Source: Heteronotia binoei (lineage: Eukaryota). From it: a stretch of 64,000 nt of DNA. The notes beneath the pieces were generated by a model. That model searched no databases and was not told the DNA's origin. It was given only the letters and a program-made list of their open reading frames with translations. Location of the stretch: positions 160,828,001-160,892,000 of the forward strand of contig NC_083243.1 of NCBI RefSeq assembly GCF_032191835.1, read 5' to 3'. The translations under genes were made by a program, and so were the position numbers. This document shows positions 45,041 to 58,250 of the stretch, piece after piece; the first letter of the stretch is position 1, and every line of letters begins with the position of its first letter.

Positions 45041-48000
45041 ACTAATGCATATTGAGCATACTAATTAATTCTGCCCTGGTGAGAAACATGCATTATGAAT
45101 GTGGCAGATTGATTTAACTGTCTTGTAAGAATTAGTGAAAGTTATATATTACTGAAATCTAGCACTGGGAATAGGAGTCTATTTTTAATTTACAAATTAG
45201 AACAGCTTTCAAATAAACCAAAGTGATGTGTAAATATCTTTTAATTTTGAAACCAGCTTGCTATCCCTGTTTACAATAGCATGTTTACAATACATACATA
45301 CAGTTCAGCATAATTATATCAAGCCATGTTTGACTGAACAAATTAGGCAAGATCCTAACCCTGTTAAAATATATGTAAATAATCGATTTGATATGTTGTG
45401 AGCACTCCCAACTAAAACAAGAAGAGCATGGGTTCTCAAGTGCAGCCACTGCAGAGCTTTCGGTGTGGCCACCATTACACTGGTTCATTGACTTTTAGGG
45501 GATAGAACTAATATGTGGCTGCATTTTTATTAGAGGTAAGTGTCACCAAATAGGACTGAAAGGTTTTAATTCACTAATAGTGCAGTCTTAAATTTAGTTG
45601 CGCTGTTCTACATCCATTGAAGTAAATGAGTTTAGACGGGGTTAACTCTGCATAGGATTGCTCTGTGAATATGTTCAGTATATATCTGCATAGAATTTGA
45701 ATAGTCCACATCCATTAATGTTAGCCAGTGCTGGAGCACACGAGAAGGAGAATAAAGCAGTTCTTTATTCATTGCATTTCTTGTCTTGGAGCTCACAGTT
45801 GTGCTTTGTTTCTACGTTGTTGCACTTTCATTGCTACCAGCTCCATGTAAGAAACAATCTGTTTGCTTTTTCTGTTCTAAAATCTGGTCCAACATTAAAC
45901 AAAAACATACTTGAATATTCTGACTGTAAACTTGCCAGCTTCATATATACTATATACTTTATGCTAGCTCTGATTTCTTAGATTGTAATTAATTATCTCT
46001 GTGCAGCTACTTTTCACAAGTAAAATATAATGTGAAAACATAATTTTCATTTAGTTATAACTTCATGGATTTTTGGTCATGAACTTTGTCTATCTATTTA
46101 TGTACATATAATCTAAATCCACTGTGGCTAATGTACAAATAACAGTAAGCAAAGAAACATTGAGCAGTGATGTGTGTACTTCTTAAAGGCTTGGTCTTGC
46201 CTAAGTCCAGGCATATACAGAGCAAAGTGTTTTAGGGAGAAACAACAGTGTTATGGGATTGCTGCCGCCATTTCATTCTGTATGGATGCAGATCTTTATA
46301 GGCCTTAATTTTAGAAGAAATTCATTTTCATACATCCAAAACTTGAATAACATGGCATTTAACAATCATATTTGTTCAGATGGATTTATCAGGCTTCTAT
46401 TTCCAGTATCTGAGAACATTCCAATATCTGAGAACATTAAAACAAGGATATATGCAGTTCTCACTGACACCAACTTCAGCTATAGTGATACATAATCAAC
46501 ATGCATACTTCACATTTGCTGAGCTAAGCAGAGTTCCCTGGGGAGTATGTCCAGAATGGAAATAAGTGGACTTGCAGTAAAACAATGTAATTTGGACAAT
46601 ACAGCTCAGTTTCTGAAAGCTGGTATTGCTTGTGGGATTTGGCTTATAGTTTATCATCAGAGGGAGACAAAATTCGAGTCCAGGAGCACCGTAGAGACCA
46701 ATCCATTTTTCTTATACAGAGTTGGTAGTAATGAAAGTAATAAAGATTTTGTTGTTCTCTGTTATTGGACCCATTTTTTCTTCTTCTACAGACTAACATG
46801 CTGTCCACCTGAAACTATCTTCACAGAGGGAGACAACTAGGTGTGCACCAGGTGATAGCATAGAGTGGCACTTGACTCTTAATTTGATGACCAAGGATTC
46901 CACTACTATCAGATCCAAAATTTCAAGTAACACAATGCTTTCTGTTATGATTATTAAAATCTAATTTGGAATTCTTTTATATGTTCTTATTTCTGAGTGA
47001 GCAAGGCATGGGCAACATGCATGCTTTCAAACTTTCCCTCCCCTCGCTCAATCACATGGGACACTTTAACCCCCCCCCTCTAAGTTTTAATTTGTTACAA
47101 TATTCCCTGAACCCAAAAGACTTGTCTCTGAGGCCTTATAGTGTATATCCATGAATTAAAGTGAAATATATTACTGAATGAACTCAGAATGGTTGGACTT
47201 AAATTTCACATTCTGACTCACATTTTGACTAGTTCAGTCTTGCATTGAGAAGTACTGTGGCTTTTATATTAGGGATGAATTCCAAAACAAACTATTACAC
47301 AGCTAATGAGGTCCCTGGCAGTGCCATCCTAAGCAGAATTATATTCTTTGAAGGTCACTCAATTCACTACACTTAGAAGGGTGTACTTCTACTTAGGATG
47401 GTCCTGTTAGAGAATTTGGGACAGGGGATTGTTTTTGAATCAGTGAGAAATTAGTTTCTTACACACACTGCTAAGGGCCATTTGTGATATAATATTTCAT
47501 ACTTCTAAGTATGATAATTTGAATATTTATCTGTCTGAATTAATCTAGGGAAACATGGAAATTCCTTGCAATCACTTCATTGTCAGAAATGGAGGCACTG
47601 GTGATACAGTCTTGAGGGCATGGATATGAAAATAATCTATTTGCTTGGCCAAGAGCTCTTACACAGTACATCAGAATATATTTACATGTGCTGTAATCAC
47701 ATCCAGCTCACATTTTTCTTTTTTCCTGGTGATAGTGCTGTTACTGGTTCTGTCAAGAATGGACCCAGCTGGATGAACTCTCATTATCCTCAGTGCATGA
47801 GGGCTTTCCTGAGGACTTTTGATAACACATAAAAGCAACACACACAGTTGGGGCAGGATAACCAAATTCCAAATTAATTTGCTTGCAAGTTGATCATTAC
47901 CTCATCCTATATTTACTCTTCTTATATGTTGCAAAAGTGAACCCCAAAGTGGGCAGCATGTTATGTACTAAAAAGTATACCAGAAGAGGTGAGATCATCT

Positions 48001-48455
48001 TCCTACAATCACAGGGAATATCCTGGAACATTCTGTGGAGCTTTTATAATTATTTCAGGCTCACTCTGTGATATTTTACTGTAGTGTGATGGGCCATACA
48101 GGAAACAGTTTGTACACATGATTTTGTTTCAATCCGGCCTCTGCTTAGAACATGAATTTTGATCTTCCTCATGTCCTGAATGTCACACACACAAATTTTC
48201 TGTATAAAATATAGAAATATAAAAATAATACTTCATGCAATACTACAACCTCTCTCCCAATGCAATGTCATGTTATCAAGGGAGTATAGCCTCCTCATAA
48301 CCAAAAATGCTCAAGGAACAGTCACTCTGAATGGCAATTTACATTGCTCAGATGCTGGTCCCTGCAGTCTCTTTCACTTAATGGGATATTTCATACTCCT
48401 TTTCCCTTTTTCTGCAAGTAAGTGTATATTAAGAGATGAAAAAAGCAGATAGAAC

Positions 48456-48527
48456 TTAAATAGCAGAATCAATCCTCTCCTGACGCCGCTTCATGATTTC
48501 TTGAAGCTCTGACTCTCCTCTGCTTTT
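48456..48527 (-). CDS. EPS8L2: EPS8L2 last coding exon (KSRGESELQEIMKRRQERIDSAI*), 72 nt
   Basis: gtttattccag acceptor, phase 0 after the SAM exon, TAA stop. EPS8-family C-terminal helix. Confidence 0.85.
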   Translation of the reverse strand, partial: KSRGESELQEIMKRRQERIDSAI

Positions 48528-49469
48528 CTGGAATAAACAGAAAAGATAAAGAATATGAAAGTTTTATTGAAATAGTTCTCAAACTCCCCCCCCCCCCCCC
48601 CCGAATTTAGTTGCTGCCTTTCCAAGTCAAAGACCTGCTCAAAGCAGTTAACTGTCAAGGTAATTCAGCCATAATTCCAATTCCAAAAACCTTTATTGGC
48701 ATAACAATTATAAAACAACAGAAAACAAGACATTTTATACAGTTTATAAGAAAATTTAGGATCTTAGGTTTGAAAAGCCTTCAAAAATTGATATTGGAAT
48801 GCCTGTAAAGAAGGGGCCCGATATAGCTCATTGAGGAGGGTGTCCCAAAGGCATGGCAAGGCTACCAAGTTGGGCTTGGCATGACTCTCCACCAAACATA
48901 GTTCTTTCACCATGGGTTTTTACAATAGGGTTTCCTTAGACAATCTCAGAATGTGGACAGACAGCTATATATGAATGGATGTAGTCCTTCAGATATTTTG
49001 GACAAAACGTTTAGGTCTTTAAAGATGAAAAGCAGCAATTTGTATTGTGTTCAGAAACACATTAGGAGCTAATGCAATGGATTAAAAATGGGTGCTATGT
49101 GCCTACTGCTCATATGAAGTTTCCAGACTGTCTTCAAAGTCAGCCTTCCCTCTCTCCCCTGGCATAGAATTTAATATAAAATTTAGCTGTGTATAGTAAT
49201 CACTTTGGGATTGGTTGGCTATATTCTGGAGTATCTCTGGAAGACTGCAAAGGTGCTTCCTAATGAAGCAGAGGTGAAGATTCATCACTGTAACCAGCAG
49301 ATACTTGTAACTTGCACTGCACTCTGAAACAGAAGATGTTACATATATTTACAAAGCAGACTTGACTGCTAAATTTCAGGCCCATCGCTACAGGGGGCAC
49401 CAGGATAGGCCAGGCCACTCTATTTAACCCCCCCTCCCTCTGTAGGGCCCCTCCGTTGGACCTGAGGAG

Positions 49470-49892
49470 AAGGGACGGAGAGGGAGTGCAAGAAAAAGAG
49501 AGAAACAACGAGAGAGAGCGACAGAGCGTGACTGCAAGGGGGACTGAGAGAGCAGAGAGAGAGAGCAACAGTGAGAGAGAGCGCGACAGCAAGGGGAAGA
49601 GTGAAAGCAGCAGAGAGAGAAACTACAAAAGGGCAGCAGTGAGAGAGAGTGAGAGAGAAAGTGACTGCAAGGGGGACAGTGAGAGCAGCAGAGAGAGAGA
49701 GAAACAGTGTGAGAGCGGCAGCAAGGGGGACATCGAGAGAGCGGGAGAGAGAGAAACGAACTGCGAAGCAGCGGCAGTGAGAGCAACAGAGCTAGAGAGA
49801 GAGTGCGACAGCAAGGGAGAGAGCAAAAGAGCAGCAAAGAGAGCGCATGCAACAGCCGGGGGGAAAGAGAGAGAGAAGAAGAAGAAGAAGAA
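49470..49892 (+). repeat. Degenerate purine-rich (GA)n-based minisatellite
   Basis: Recurring gagagagc(g)acagcaagggg / gactgcaagggggac units ending in (gaa)n; continues at 50160-50197. Confidence 0.9.
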
Positions 49893-50158
49893 GAAATTGG
49901 ATTTATATCCCGTCCTCCACTCTGAAGAGTCTCAGAGCGGCTCACAATCTCCTTTACCTTCCTCCCCCACAACAGACACCCTGTGAGGTGGGTGGGGCTG
50001 GAGAGGGCTCTCACAGCAGCTGCCCTTTCAAGGACAACCTCTGCCAGAGCTATGGCTGACCCAAGGCCATGCTAGCAGGTGCAAGTGGAAGAGTGGGGAA
50101 TCAAACCCGGTTCTCCCAGATAAGAGTCCGCACACTTAACCACTACACCAAACTGGCT
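49893..50158 (-). mobile_element. Squam3-like tRNA SINE, full length
   Basis: Minus strand agccagtttggtgtagtggttaagtgtgcggactcttatctgggagaaccgggtttgattcccc (A/B boxes) ... gggcgggatataaatccaat-like end plus a (ttc)n tail. Confidence 0.9.
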
Positions 50159-51022
50159 GTGAGAGAGGAACAGCAAGAGAGAGTGAGAGAGAGAGAGCCT
50201 AGGGCCCAATCAGAAATGAACAGTCCACAGGAGAGAAGACACGTTGTAAAATAAACCCCCACCCCCTCATCCCATTTTTTATTTATTAAGGTGTCAAGCA
50301 CACTCTCCCCCTCCCCCTTTTTTCCTTTTCTTGGGCAAGAGAGAGCTGGGGCTGGGAGGGCTGGCCACTGGAGGGAAGAAGCAGCCAAGCCCCGCAGCCC
50401 CCCCCCCTCAACAATTTTTTTATCTCCGGGGCCACTCCACCCAAACTTTTCTGGCTATGGGGCTGCTAAATTCTAAACAGGCAGAAAATGTACACTGCTC
50501 TGCTGTCTTGTACTTTCGTGCAGGGTTTGTTTAATCACATAACATACTGAAGTATAATATCTTCCTCTGCATCCCTACTTATTTCATTACCATTTTTGCC
50601 CAAGTGTCCTCAGGAAATGGCCATGCAAGTGTGAATATGTTCACAGAGACTGCTCTGTGCTATGAACTTTAGGCAGCTAAAGACAGCTTCATGATTGCCA
50701 TTTAGCCATGTGGTAAGCAGTCCAGCAGAAAGTCCCCACAGTGCTTGTGAGATCTTGACACTCAGCTATTGCAAAAAAGAATTATATGATTTTAGTGGGA
50801 ATTTTAGTTGTGGCAAGTCATGAAAAATGGAACTCAAAAAAGAAGACAATGTTGCCTAATTAGTTTATCAGCATTTTCTGAAAACATTTTTTTCTTTTTG
50901 AAAGTCAGCATTACAAGACCAATCAAATGTCCTTAACTTGTCTCTGTATCCTTCATGTGGTTGCTTCAACTCTAGCCATTTCATTTGCATTTGTTCACTC
51001 AGGTTTTATGGAGTATCCAGAT

Positions 51023-51463
51023 CAGGGGTCATTTCATAGAAAAAGTTGTGCCAGAGCTCATTAGCACAACTCATTTGCATAACTCATTTGCATATGCCAC
51101 ACACCCCTGACATCGGAAGGTGTACTAAATTATATCAGTTCAGAATCTACCTTAAAATGCTTCATGAATTAATAAAACCTTACTCCCATCATACTTTTTA
51201 AATTGCTTTCTCCTATGTGACCACAGTGGCATGATGATTTCCATCTATCTGCTTTATATGTTTTGGTTATTTTCCCATTTTTTGGTGGGGGGAAATATTA
51301 AAAAGTTTGTTAAATCTTAGAGTTCAGCAAAATTCTCACGGGATTTAAACAGTGGAGCCTAGAAGCAAGTATTGGGGCTGGGGGAAGGGTTAAGAAAGAA
51401 AACAATAAAATGTAGAGGTTCTTGAGCTATATTCCTGTGAGCTCCTGCCCAAAATGAGGCCTG
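51023..51463. mobile_element. hAT-like non-autonomous transposon
   Basis: Ends caggggtcattt / aaaatgaggcctg. Flanks atccagat / atcagat approximate an 8-bp TSD. Confidence 0.7.
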
Positions 51464-52121
51464 ATCAGATGATATTATGGTTGCATTCCAGTATTTTCTG
51501 AGCTGGTTTTTTTTTTGTCTTTTTAATGATCTAATTTGTGGTCATTTTTATGTATTTAAAACACATACTATGCCAGACTGCCCCATTCAGACAGGCTGTT
51601 TAGGCATCTTAAGGTTGCTGTGCCTTAAAAATTGCTTCTCTTTCTTTTCATACCAGCCTGGTTAGTTAATTCCTGTTTTCTCAGGATTTGCCAGAACACT
51701 TATTAATATATGCTTGACTGTTAGGGAAGAGAGAATTTAAGAATATATATATTTTTTAAAAAAAATGGCAGCAAGCCAAGTCACTTACCTCCCCCCCCCC
51801 CCTTTTGTTATAATTTTTTAAATAACAAACAAGATAAAGCAGATTAGTGACTTCGGCTTCTTTCAAATGAAAAAAGAGAAGAAAATAACAACAAAGAAGT
51901 CCCTTCTCCCACCCTGCCCCCCAAAGAGTTGATGATCAAGCATTTATTCATGGAGAGGATATGCAAGGAAAATGTGAAATAACTAATTAGCTTGACCACT
52001 ACAAAATGAGGGAAATTGCAAGAAGTAGTAGCATTTTTGCTAGGAGTCTGGGACACTGGGAACATGGGGGCACTGTAGTGCGATTGTGTTACATCACTTC
52101 CAAAGAAGAAGACAATGACAT

Positions 52122-52372
52122 TGGATTTATATTTCGCCCTCCACTCAAAGTGGCTCACAATCTCCTTTATCTTCCTCCCCCACAACAAACACCCTGCGAG
52201 GTGGGTGGGGCTGAGAGGACTCTCACACCAGCTGCCCTTTCAAGGACAACCTCTGCCACAGCTATGGCTGACCCAAGGCCATTCCAGCAGGTGCAAGTGG
52301 AGGAGTAGGGAATCAAACCTGGTTCTCCCAGATAAGAGTCCACGCACTTAACCACTGCACCAAACTGGCTCT
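52122..52372 (-). mobile_element. Squam3-like tRNA SINE
   Basis: Highly similar to 49893-50158 along its length. Confidence 0.9.
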
Positions 52373-52972
52373 CAGAAAGAAAACCCGGAAGTGATGTCAC
52401 ACCTTTTTTAGGAATCGCCAGAAACGCTATGATTTTACCATAAGGTTCCTGGTGATTCCTAGAATGGAACTTTGTCACTTCTGGGTTTCCTCCTGAAGTG
52501 ATGTGATAATACCATCACACTGATGGCAATTTTAAAATTAATTTTTCTCTTGCCAGCCAACATAGTGGCAGTGGAGCTTGCCAGCACGAGGTCTCCCATC
52601 TTAGCAGAAAATCTGGCAACCACAACCTTTACCAAAGGGAAATTTATTCCAAGTAGACATATAGTGGATTTGGTGAACAATATAGCACTTTATTAAGTGC
52701 TGTGTGGAATCTTTATTTGCATTCTGCTTGCAGGTAAACAAGAAAAGGAACAATGGATCAGCCCAATAAGTCTGCATTATGGAACTGGATTGTTAGTCCA
52801 GTTGCTACAGATGACATATTATGAAGAGGTGTGTAGCATCAATAAAAGTGTAACAGGTGCTATGATTTCACCACCCATTTTTAAAGTCTGAGTACAGTCT
52901 TAAATTTGAAACTTCTTAGGAACTTCTATCTCTTTTTATCCTAAGGCACTGTTTGCTAACAAAAGGTCTTAC

Positions 52973-53105
52973 CTCTAAGAGAGATTTTTGAACTGTGATT
53001 TTACTGTACACCCTAGCCCCTTCTTCTCCGCATACTTTTTTCAGCTCCTCTTTGTTCAGAGAGAAAAGTTGAGCCCCGGTCAGTATTCCAAGATGGTCCA
53101 CAGTT
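52973..53105 (-). CDS. EPS8L2: EPS8L2 SAM-domain exon, 133 nt
   Basis: ttttccag/gtaaga bounded. [44 protein letters not shown]. Confidence 0.93.
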
Positions 53106-53489
53106 CTGGAAAATACACGTTTTAAACTTGTATTATGAAGAAAAAGTGATAAAAGCCCAGAGTTATCAAGTTCTCAGTATATAGTAACTGATGTGCAAGA
53201 CTCTTCATGTACAGATAATCATGGCTGTGATTCATCTTCTCGGCTTAGCATTCAAGAACAACTCATGGCCCACTGGACTGAAAACATTCTCAGCTCAACC
53301 TCTCAGTGTTTTTGTGAGACAGGAGTAAGTGGAAGGAGACTCAGGACTTTTTTCCTGATCGTACACACTGGTACTGAGTAACAGAAACTTTTTTGAGAGG
53401 GCTCCCCCAAGTCTTTTCACCCAGCACAACAGCCATATGTGGAATGTATTTCTCTCTCCCCTACGTAGTACATTTTTTATTCTGCCTCT

Positions 53490-53650
53490 CCACCAAGAAG
53501 CTCAGGGCATCATATGCCCATTTTGACCTCACAACTATCCTGTGAATGGAGAGAGTAACTGAGTCAAGATAGTTAATCAAGCTTCATGGCTGAGTCAGGA
53601 TTCGAAATCATAACTCCCAGGTCCTAGTGTGACATTCACACCACTACTAC
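53490..53650 (-). mobile_element. MIR/L2-related SINE
   Basis: ccattttgacctcacaactatcctgtga...gcttcatggctgagtcaggattcgaa...cccaggtcctag...accactac. Confidence 0.65.
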
Positions 53651-54062
53651 TTACCATCTTAAAACTTTATAATCTTCATCGTGGCCTCCGTGCAGTCCCA
53701 CACATAAGTCTTGCTGCAGGCAATGGATCCATACCTCGGAGTCTCCAATAGCTCGCCTAGAGTGTTTTTTGGCGCGCTTTATGCTTGCCCTGGGGAGCAG
53801 GCATCGACTGCGCATGCCTGGAGCGAGCGGGAGGCACCATTCCCACTCAGTTTCTTCCTTTCTGCCACCCAGACAACACCTACCTTGCTGCGTTCCTCTC
53901 TCCTCAGCTCGTCTTTTCCTGTTTGGTATTGTATTCCTCCTTTTTCTCTTATCTCCTTTCTTCTATTATTTTTCGTCCTTATAAATTTTTTTTTAAAAAA
54001 AGCCCTTGTTGCTGCGCTTTTCTTTCCCTGTTTTTCTCCCTCCCCTCACTTGTCCGGAGGGT

Positions 54063-56375
54063 ATGGAAGGGAAAATTACTTTCAAAAAGTGTCGGAGGTG
54101 TGGATCTAAAATCCCTACTTCAGACGGACATTCGTACTGTTTTTCTGCTTGGGTGAAGCTCATTGGGTAGATACTTGCCCTCATTGCGCCAACTTCGGTA
54201 AACAGGTGCGAAAAAATCAAGCGGCCAGACTTCAAAGTTTCCAGCTCGAAAAATCTCTCTGGGCTATGCCCAGCTCTGATTTGCCGCCTCCCCCACACCG
54301 AACTGGAGATTCGGCTGCGTCGGCTGCTCCTCAACTCCATAAAAAGCATAAGTCTGACAAGAGACCATCCAAGCACTCTGACACCGGCCACAAGGTTTCG
54401 AAGAAGTCTCGCCATACCGATCCGTTGGCCTCGGCTCCGAAAAAATCTCGCGATCCGACAAGGTCGACTCTGACGACTTCCCCGAGGGCTACCACTTTGA
54501 CAACTATAGCAACATCGATGGCATCAGTTTCCACACACTCGGCTCCGATCCAACCTCTTGTTCCACCAGAGCTTTCGGCGCCCTCCGACGTCATCTCCGG
54601 CATGCTTCATCTCACTCCTCACTCCCCAGCTGCAGTCGAGGTTATACCAGTCCGATCTTGTTCGCCCTCGGTCCACAGCATGGTGCCGTTCAACATCCTC
54701 GAATCCGACCCCCATTTGGATCCGACTTTCTCTCAGGAGCATCCCCCGTCTTTGCTACAGGCTGGATCCTTTCGAGACATCGGAATCTCTCCTCTCTACA
54801 GAGAGTCGTCGACACAGGTTTCCACCCAACATGTCCGATCTCGCTCACCGGTTCGACGTCGTGATTTCCGCTCACGCTCTCCAGTCTACCGTGAGTACCA
54901 GGACTATTACCAGAGGGGTCGATATGAATATTCTTCACTCTCCAGATCGCCATCTTCCAGACACCGCTGGGTTTACCATCGCTACTCCTGTTCCCCCTCG
55001 GATGAAGGTTTCCGTCGCTCTCATTACCGTGAATTCGAGGTCGCGTCCCACAGCCGTGATGTATTAACACCTCAAATCTGTGACTTTGAATCTCCTCGGT
55101 ACCGTGAGTTTTCTTGAACCCGAGACCCGGAGTATCTCTCTTCTCGAGACCGTGAAGTCCTTTGAGTCCATGAACCTCCTCGGTACCGAGAATCTTTTAT
55201 ACCCTGCACAGCTTCTGCCACCATATCTGCTGCTCCGGCCATGACTTCTATATCGACCATGACTTCGACTGCCTTACAAGTACAGTCTAAACCTTCCAAG
55301 GAAGGTGCATCCACATCTGCACCTACCAAGCCTCTGATTTCTCCCGCAACCGAGGAATCCCAATCCGAAGGGGACAGCTCCAGCAATTCTGACTCCGAAG
55401 ATCCTCCTGGCTCTCCTGCTTCAGATTCCACACATCCAGCCCGTCTTTCTCCATCAGATGGTTTGAAGGCCTACCTTAATCTGTTTACTACCATGGCTGA
55501 AGCCTTGAATGTTACTCTTCCTTCCGACTCACACAAGGTTTCTGACATAGTCCACGATTTGGTTCAGGCGGATTTTCCAGCGGGGTCACCCCTACCTATG
55601 TTGCCAGTGCACTTGGAGGGGCTGCGTGAGGCCTGGGACAAACCTGCATCGATTCGCTTTGACTCCCTGTACAGAGTACACGCTCCTGATTCTAAATTTT
55701 TAGCCTTTCATTCTGCTCCAAACTCCATCATCGTGCGCTCAGCGACTAAAGCCAAACCATCCAGACATCCTACTCCTCCTGATCGTGATGGCCGGAAGTT
55801 GGACACCTTGGCTCGCAAGATTTACAATTTTGCCTCTACTAATTCCAAACTTAATGATTACCTGGCTTATTTTTCTGCATATACATTTAATCTCGCCAAC
55901 CAATTTATTCCTCTCATTCCTTCTCTGCCTGAAACTTCTCAGAGAGTCGCATCCAAAATAGTCTCTGAGCTCTCACGAGTTTCTAAACAGCAGATTAACA
56001 CCATCAGACATGCCGTTTTCTGCTCATCTAGAGTTTTTGCTTCATTGGTCCACGAACCTGCAACCCGACATCAAACAAAAAATCGAAGACCTACCTTTTG
56101 ATGGCCTTGGCCTCTTTCATGCATCCACTGATGAAGTCCTCACTTCGGTAGATGATGGCCGCAAGAGGGTGAAGCGCCTTGGAGTCTCTCAGCCAGCTTC
56201 TCAGCAGTTCAATCGACCCAAGCCCTGGAGACCATCTTTTCAGAGGCGTCAACACTCTCCTAAGCAATCCGATTACTGGAAGAGGAAACCCCCCCAGCAA
56301 AAACAATCCTTCCAACAGAGGCCACACTCTCAGCAGACAAAGAAGTCTTCTCAGCCAGCCAAGCAGTCTTTTTGA
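54063..56375 (+). pseudogene. DIRS gag-like ORF1 (frameshifted)
   Basis: MEGKITFKKCRRCGSKIPTSDGHSYC/CLGEAHWVDTCPHC zinc-binding N-terminus, S/R/P-rich middle, then PPDRDGRKLDTLARK and IEDLPFDG. Broken by a frameshift near 54145, a stop at 55117 and a further frameshift near 56020. Confidence 0.85.
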
Positions 56376-56468
56376 CTCCCCTCTGCATCTCATCCAACAG
56401 CTGAATCCCTGTTATCAAACACGTCTTTTCCCGTTCTACCCAACCTGGAGCTCAATCACCATGGACTC

Positions 56469-58250
56469 TTGGGTACTCACCATAATCCGCCCAGGTTACG
56501 CAATCGAGCTCGTTTTGCCACCTCACCACCACTACTTTACTGTTACTCCACCATCCCCTCATCTCAAACAAGAGATTCTGGACTTGCTCCAAAAAATGCC
56601 ATAGAACCTGTTCCTCCTCACCATCAGGGGACAGGTTTCTACTCACAATATTTCCTGGTGCCCAAGATGGACGGGGGCAAGCGACCCATTCTGGATCTCA
56701 GGAGATTAAACAAGCGGATAGTCTACAAGAAATTCAGAATGATCTCCGTCCAATCCATCCTTCCCCTAATTCCGCAGGATTCCTGGATGGCATCCCTGGA
56801 TTTCCAGGACACTTATTTCCATGTGACCATCAGACCTCAGCACCACAAATATCTTCGCTTTGCCATGGGACAACATCACTTCCAGTATCGATCCCTCCCG
56901 TTCAGGCTATCCACCGCCCCGAGAGTGTTTACGAAATGCATGGCAGTGGTCGCAGCTGCCCTGCGTCTTCGCAACATTCCAGTGTTCCTGCACATAGACG
57001 ACTGGTTACTCATCGCTCCCACAGCACATCAACTGGTGAAGAATCTCAAAACAGCACTCTCTCTTCTCGCCTCCCTGGCCCTGTGTGTGAATGCTACCAA
57101 ATCTCACCTCACCCCAACTCAGGACCTACAATTTATAGGTGCTCGTCTCTGCACATCTCATCTCGTTTTTCTTCCCAGGGATCGTGCCCACACCATTCTG
57201 TCCCTGGCCCAGGAGGTCATACGTACCACAACGCAATCTGCAATCACCATCCAACGTCTTCTGTGCCTCATGGCCGCAACAACCTCGGTTCTTCGATTCG
57301 CAAGACTGCGCATGCAGCCTCTCCAGCTTTGGTTTGTCCGTGCCTACCACCCACACATAGAACCACAGAATACCGTTCTCACTGTACCTCAGAGGGTTCG
57401 GCTCTCCCTTGTCTGGTGGACAGTACCAGACATTTTACTTTGCAGAATGCCCTTCGTTCTTCCTCTTCCGTCTGTCATCGTGACTACAGATGCCTCCAAG
57501 TGGAGATGGGGAGCCCACTTAGAGGACAAGACTGCCAGGAGTCTGTGGACTGTGCTCGAGAGGGCTATGCACATAAACTGCCTAGAACTCAGCCGTTCAC
57601 AGGGCTCTTCAATCGTTCCTTCCGTCTGTAATCAACCAACATGTCCAGATCACAACCGACAATATGGCCACAGTTTTCTATGTGAACAAGCAGGGCGGTA
57701 CCAGATCTCTCTGTCTGTGCCGCATAGACATACTTTTTTGGGAATGGTGCGTCAAAAACAGCATCTACCTGACTGACATTCACCTTCCAGGGAGAGAAAA
57801 TGTCTTTGCCGATTCCCTCAGCAGGATTCGCATAGACGACCACGAATGGTCCCTCAATCCACGCTACTTGCATTGCGTCTTTGCATGATTCGGGACTCCA
57901 AAAGTAGATGTTTTTGCTACGAAGGACAACTCGAAATGCCCTCTCTTTTATACCAGGAGAGGCAACGATGCTTTCCTCCACAGCTGGAGGGGTCCTCTTC
58001 ATTATCTTTTTCCACCAACCCCTCTGATTACCCGATCTCTACTCAAAATTGTTCGGGACAGTACAGACTGCATACTGATAGCGCCATGGTGGCCACGGCA
58101 ACCGTGGTTCACGAGACTCCTTCAAATGCCCCATCACACTTATCGCTGCCTCCTCCTGGCAGACGACCTCCTCACCCAGAATCACGGCCAGGTATGGCAC
58201 CACAACCCCCAAATTCTAGGGCTTACAGAATGGAGAATTCGGCCACATTT
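56469..58250 (+). pseudogene. DIRS pol: RT, RNase H and methyltransferase-like domain (disrupted)
   Basis: FYSQYFLVPKMDGGKRPILDL, LPFRLSTAPRVFTK, HIDDWL (Y to H), TTDASKWRWGAH, HINCLEL, then VDVFAT...YLFPP...IAPWWPRQPWF. Confidence 0.9.

Noticed and set aside
44427-45042. ORFs of 174 aa (-) and 94 aa (+) over the mini-DIRS
   Set aside because: The peptides repeat because of the inverted repeats. There is no protein motif or splice context.
49424-50014. 176-aa and 196-aa ORFs
   Set aside because: Translations of the GA minisatellite and a SINE; low complexity.
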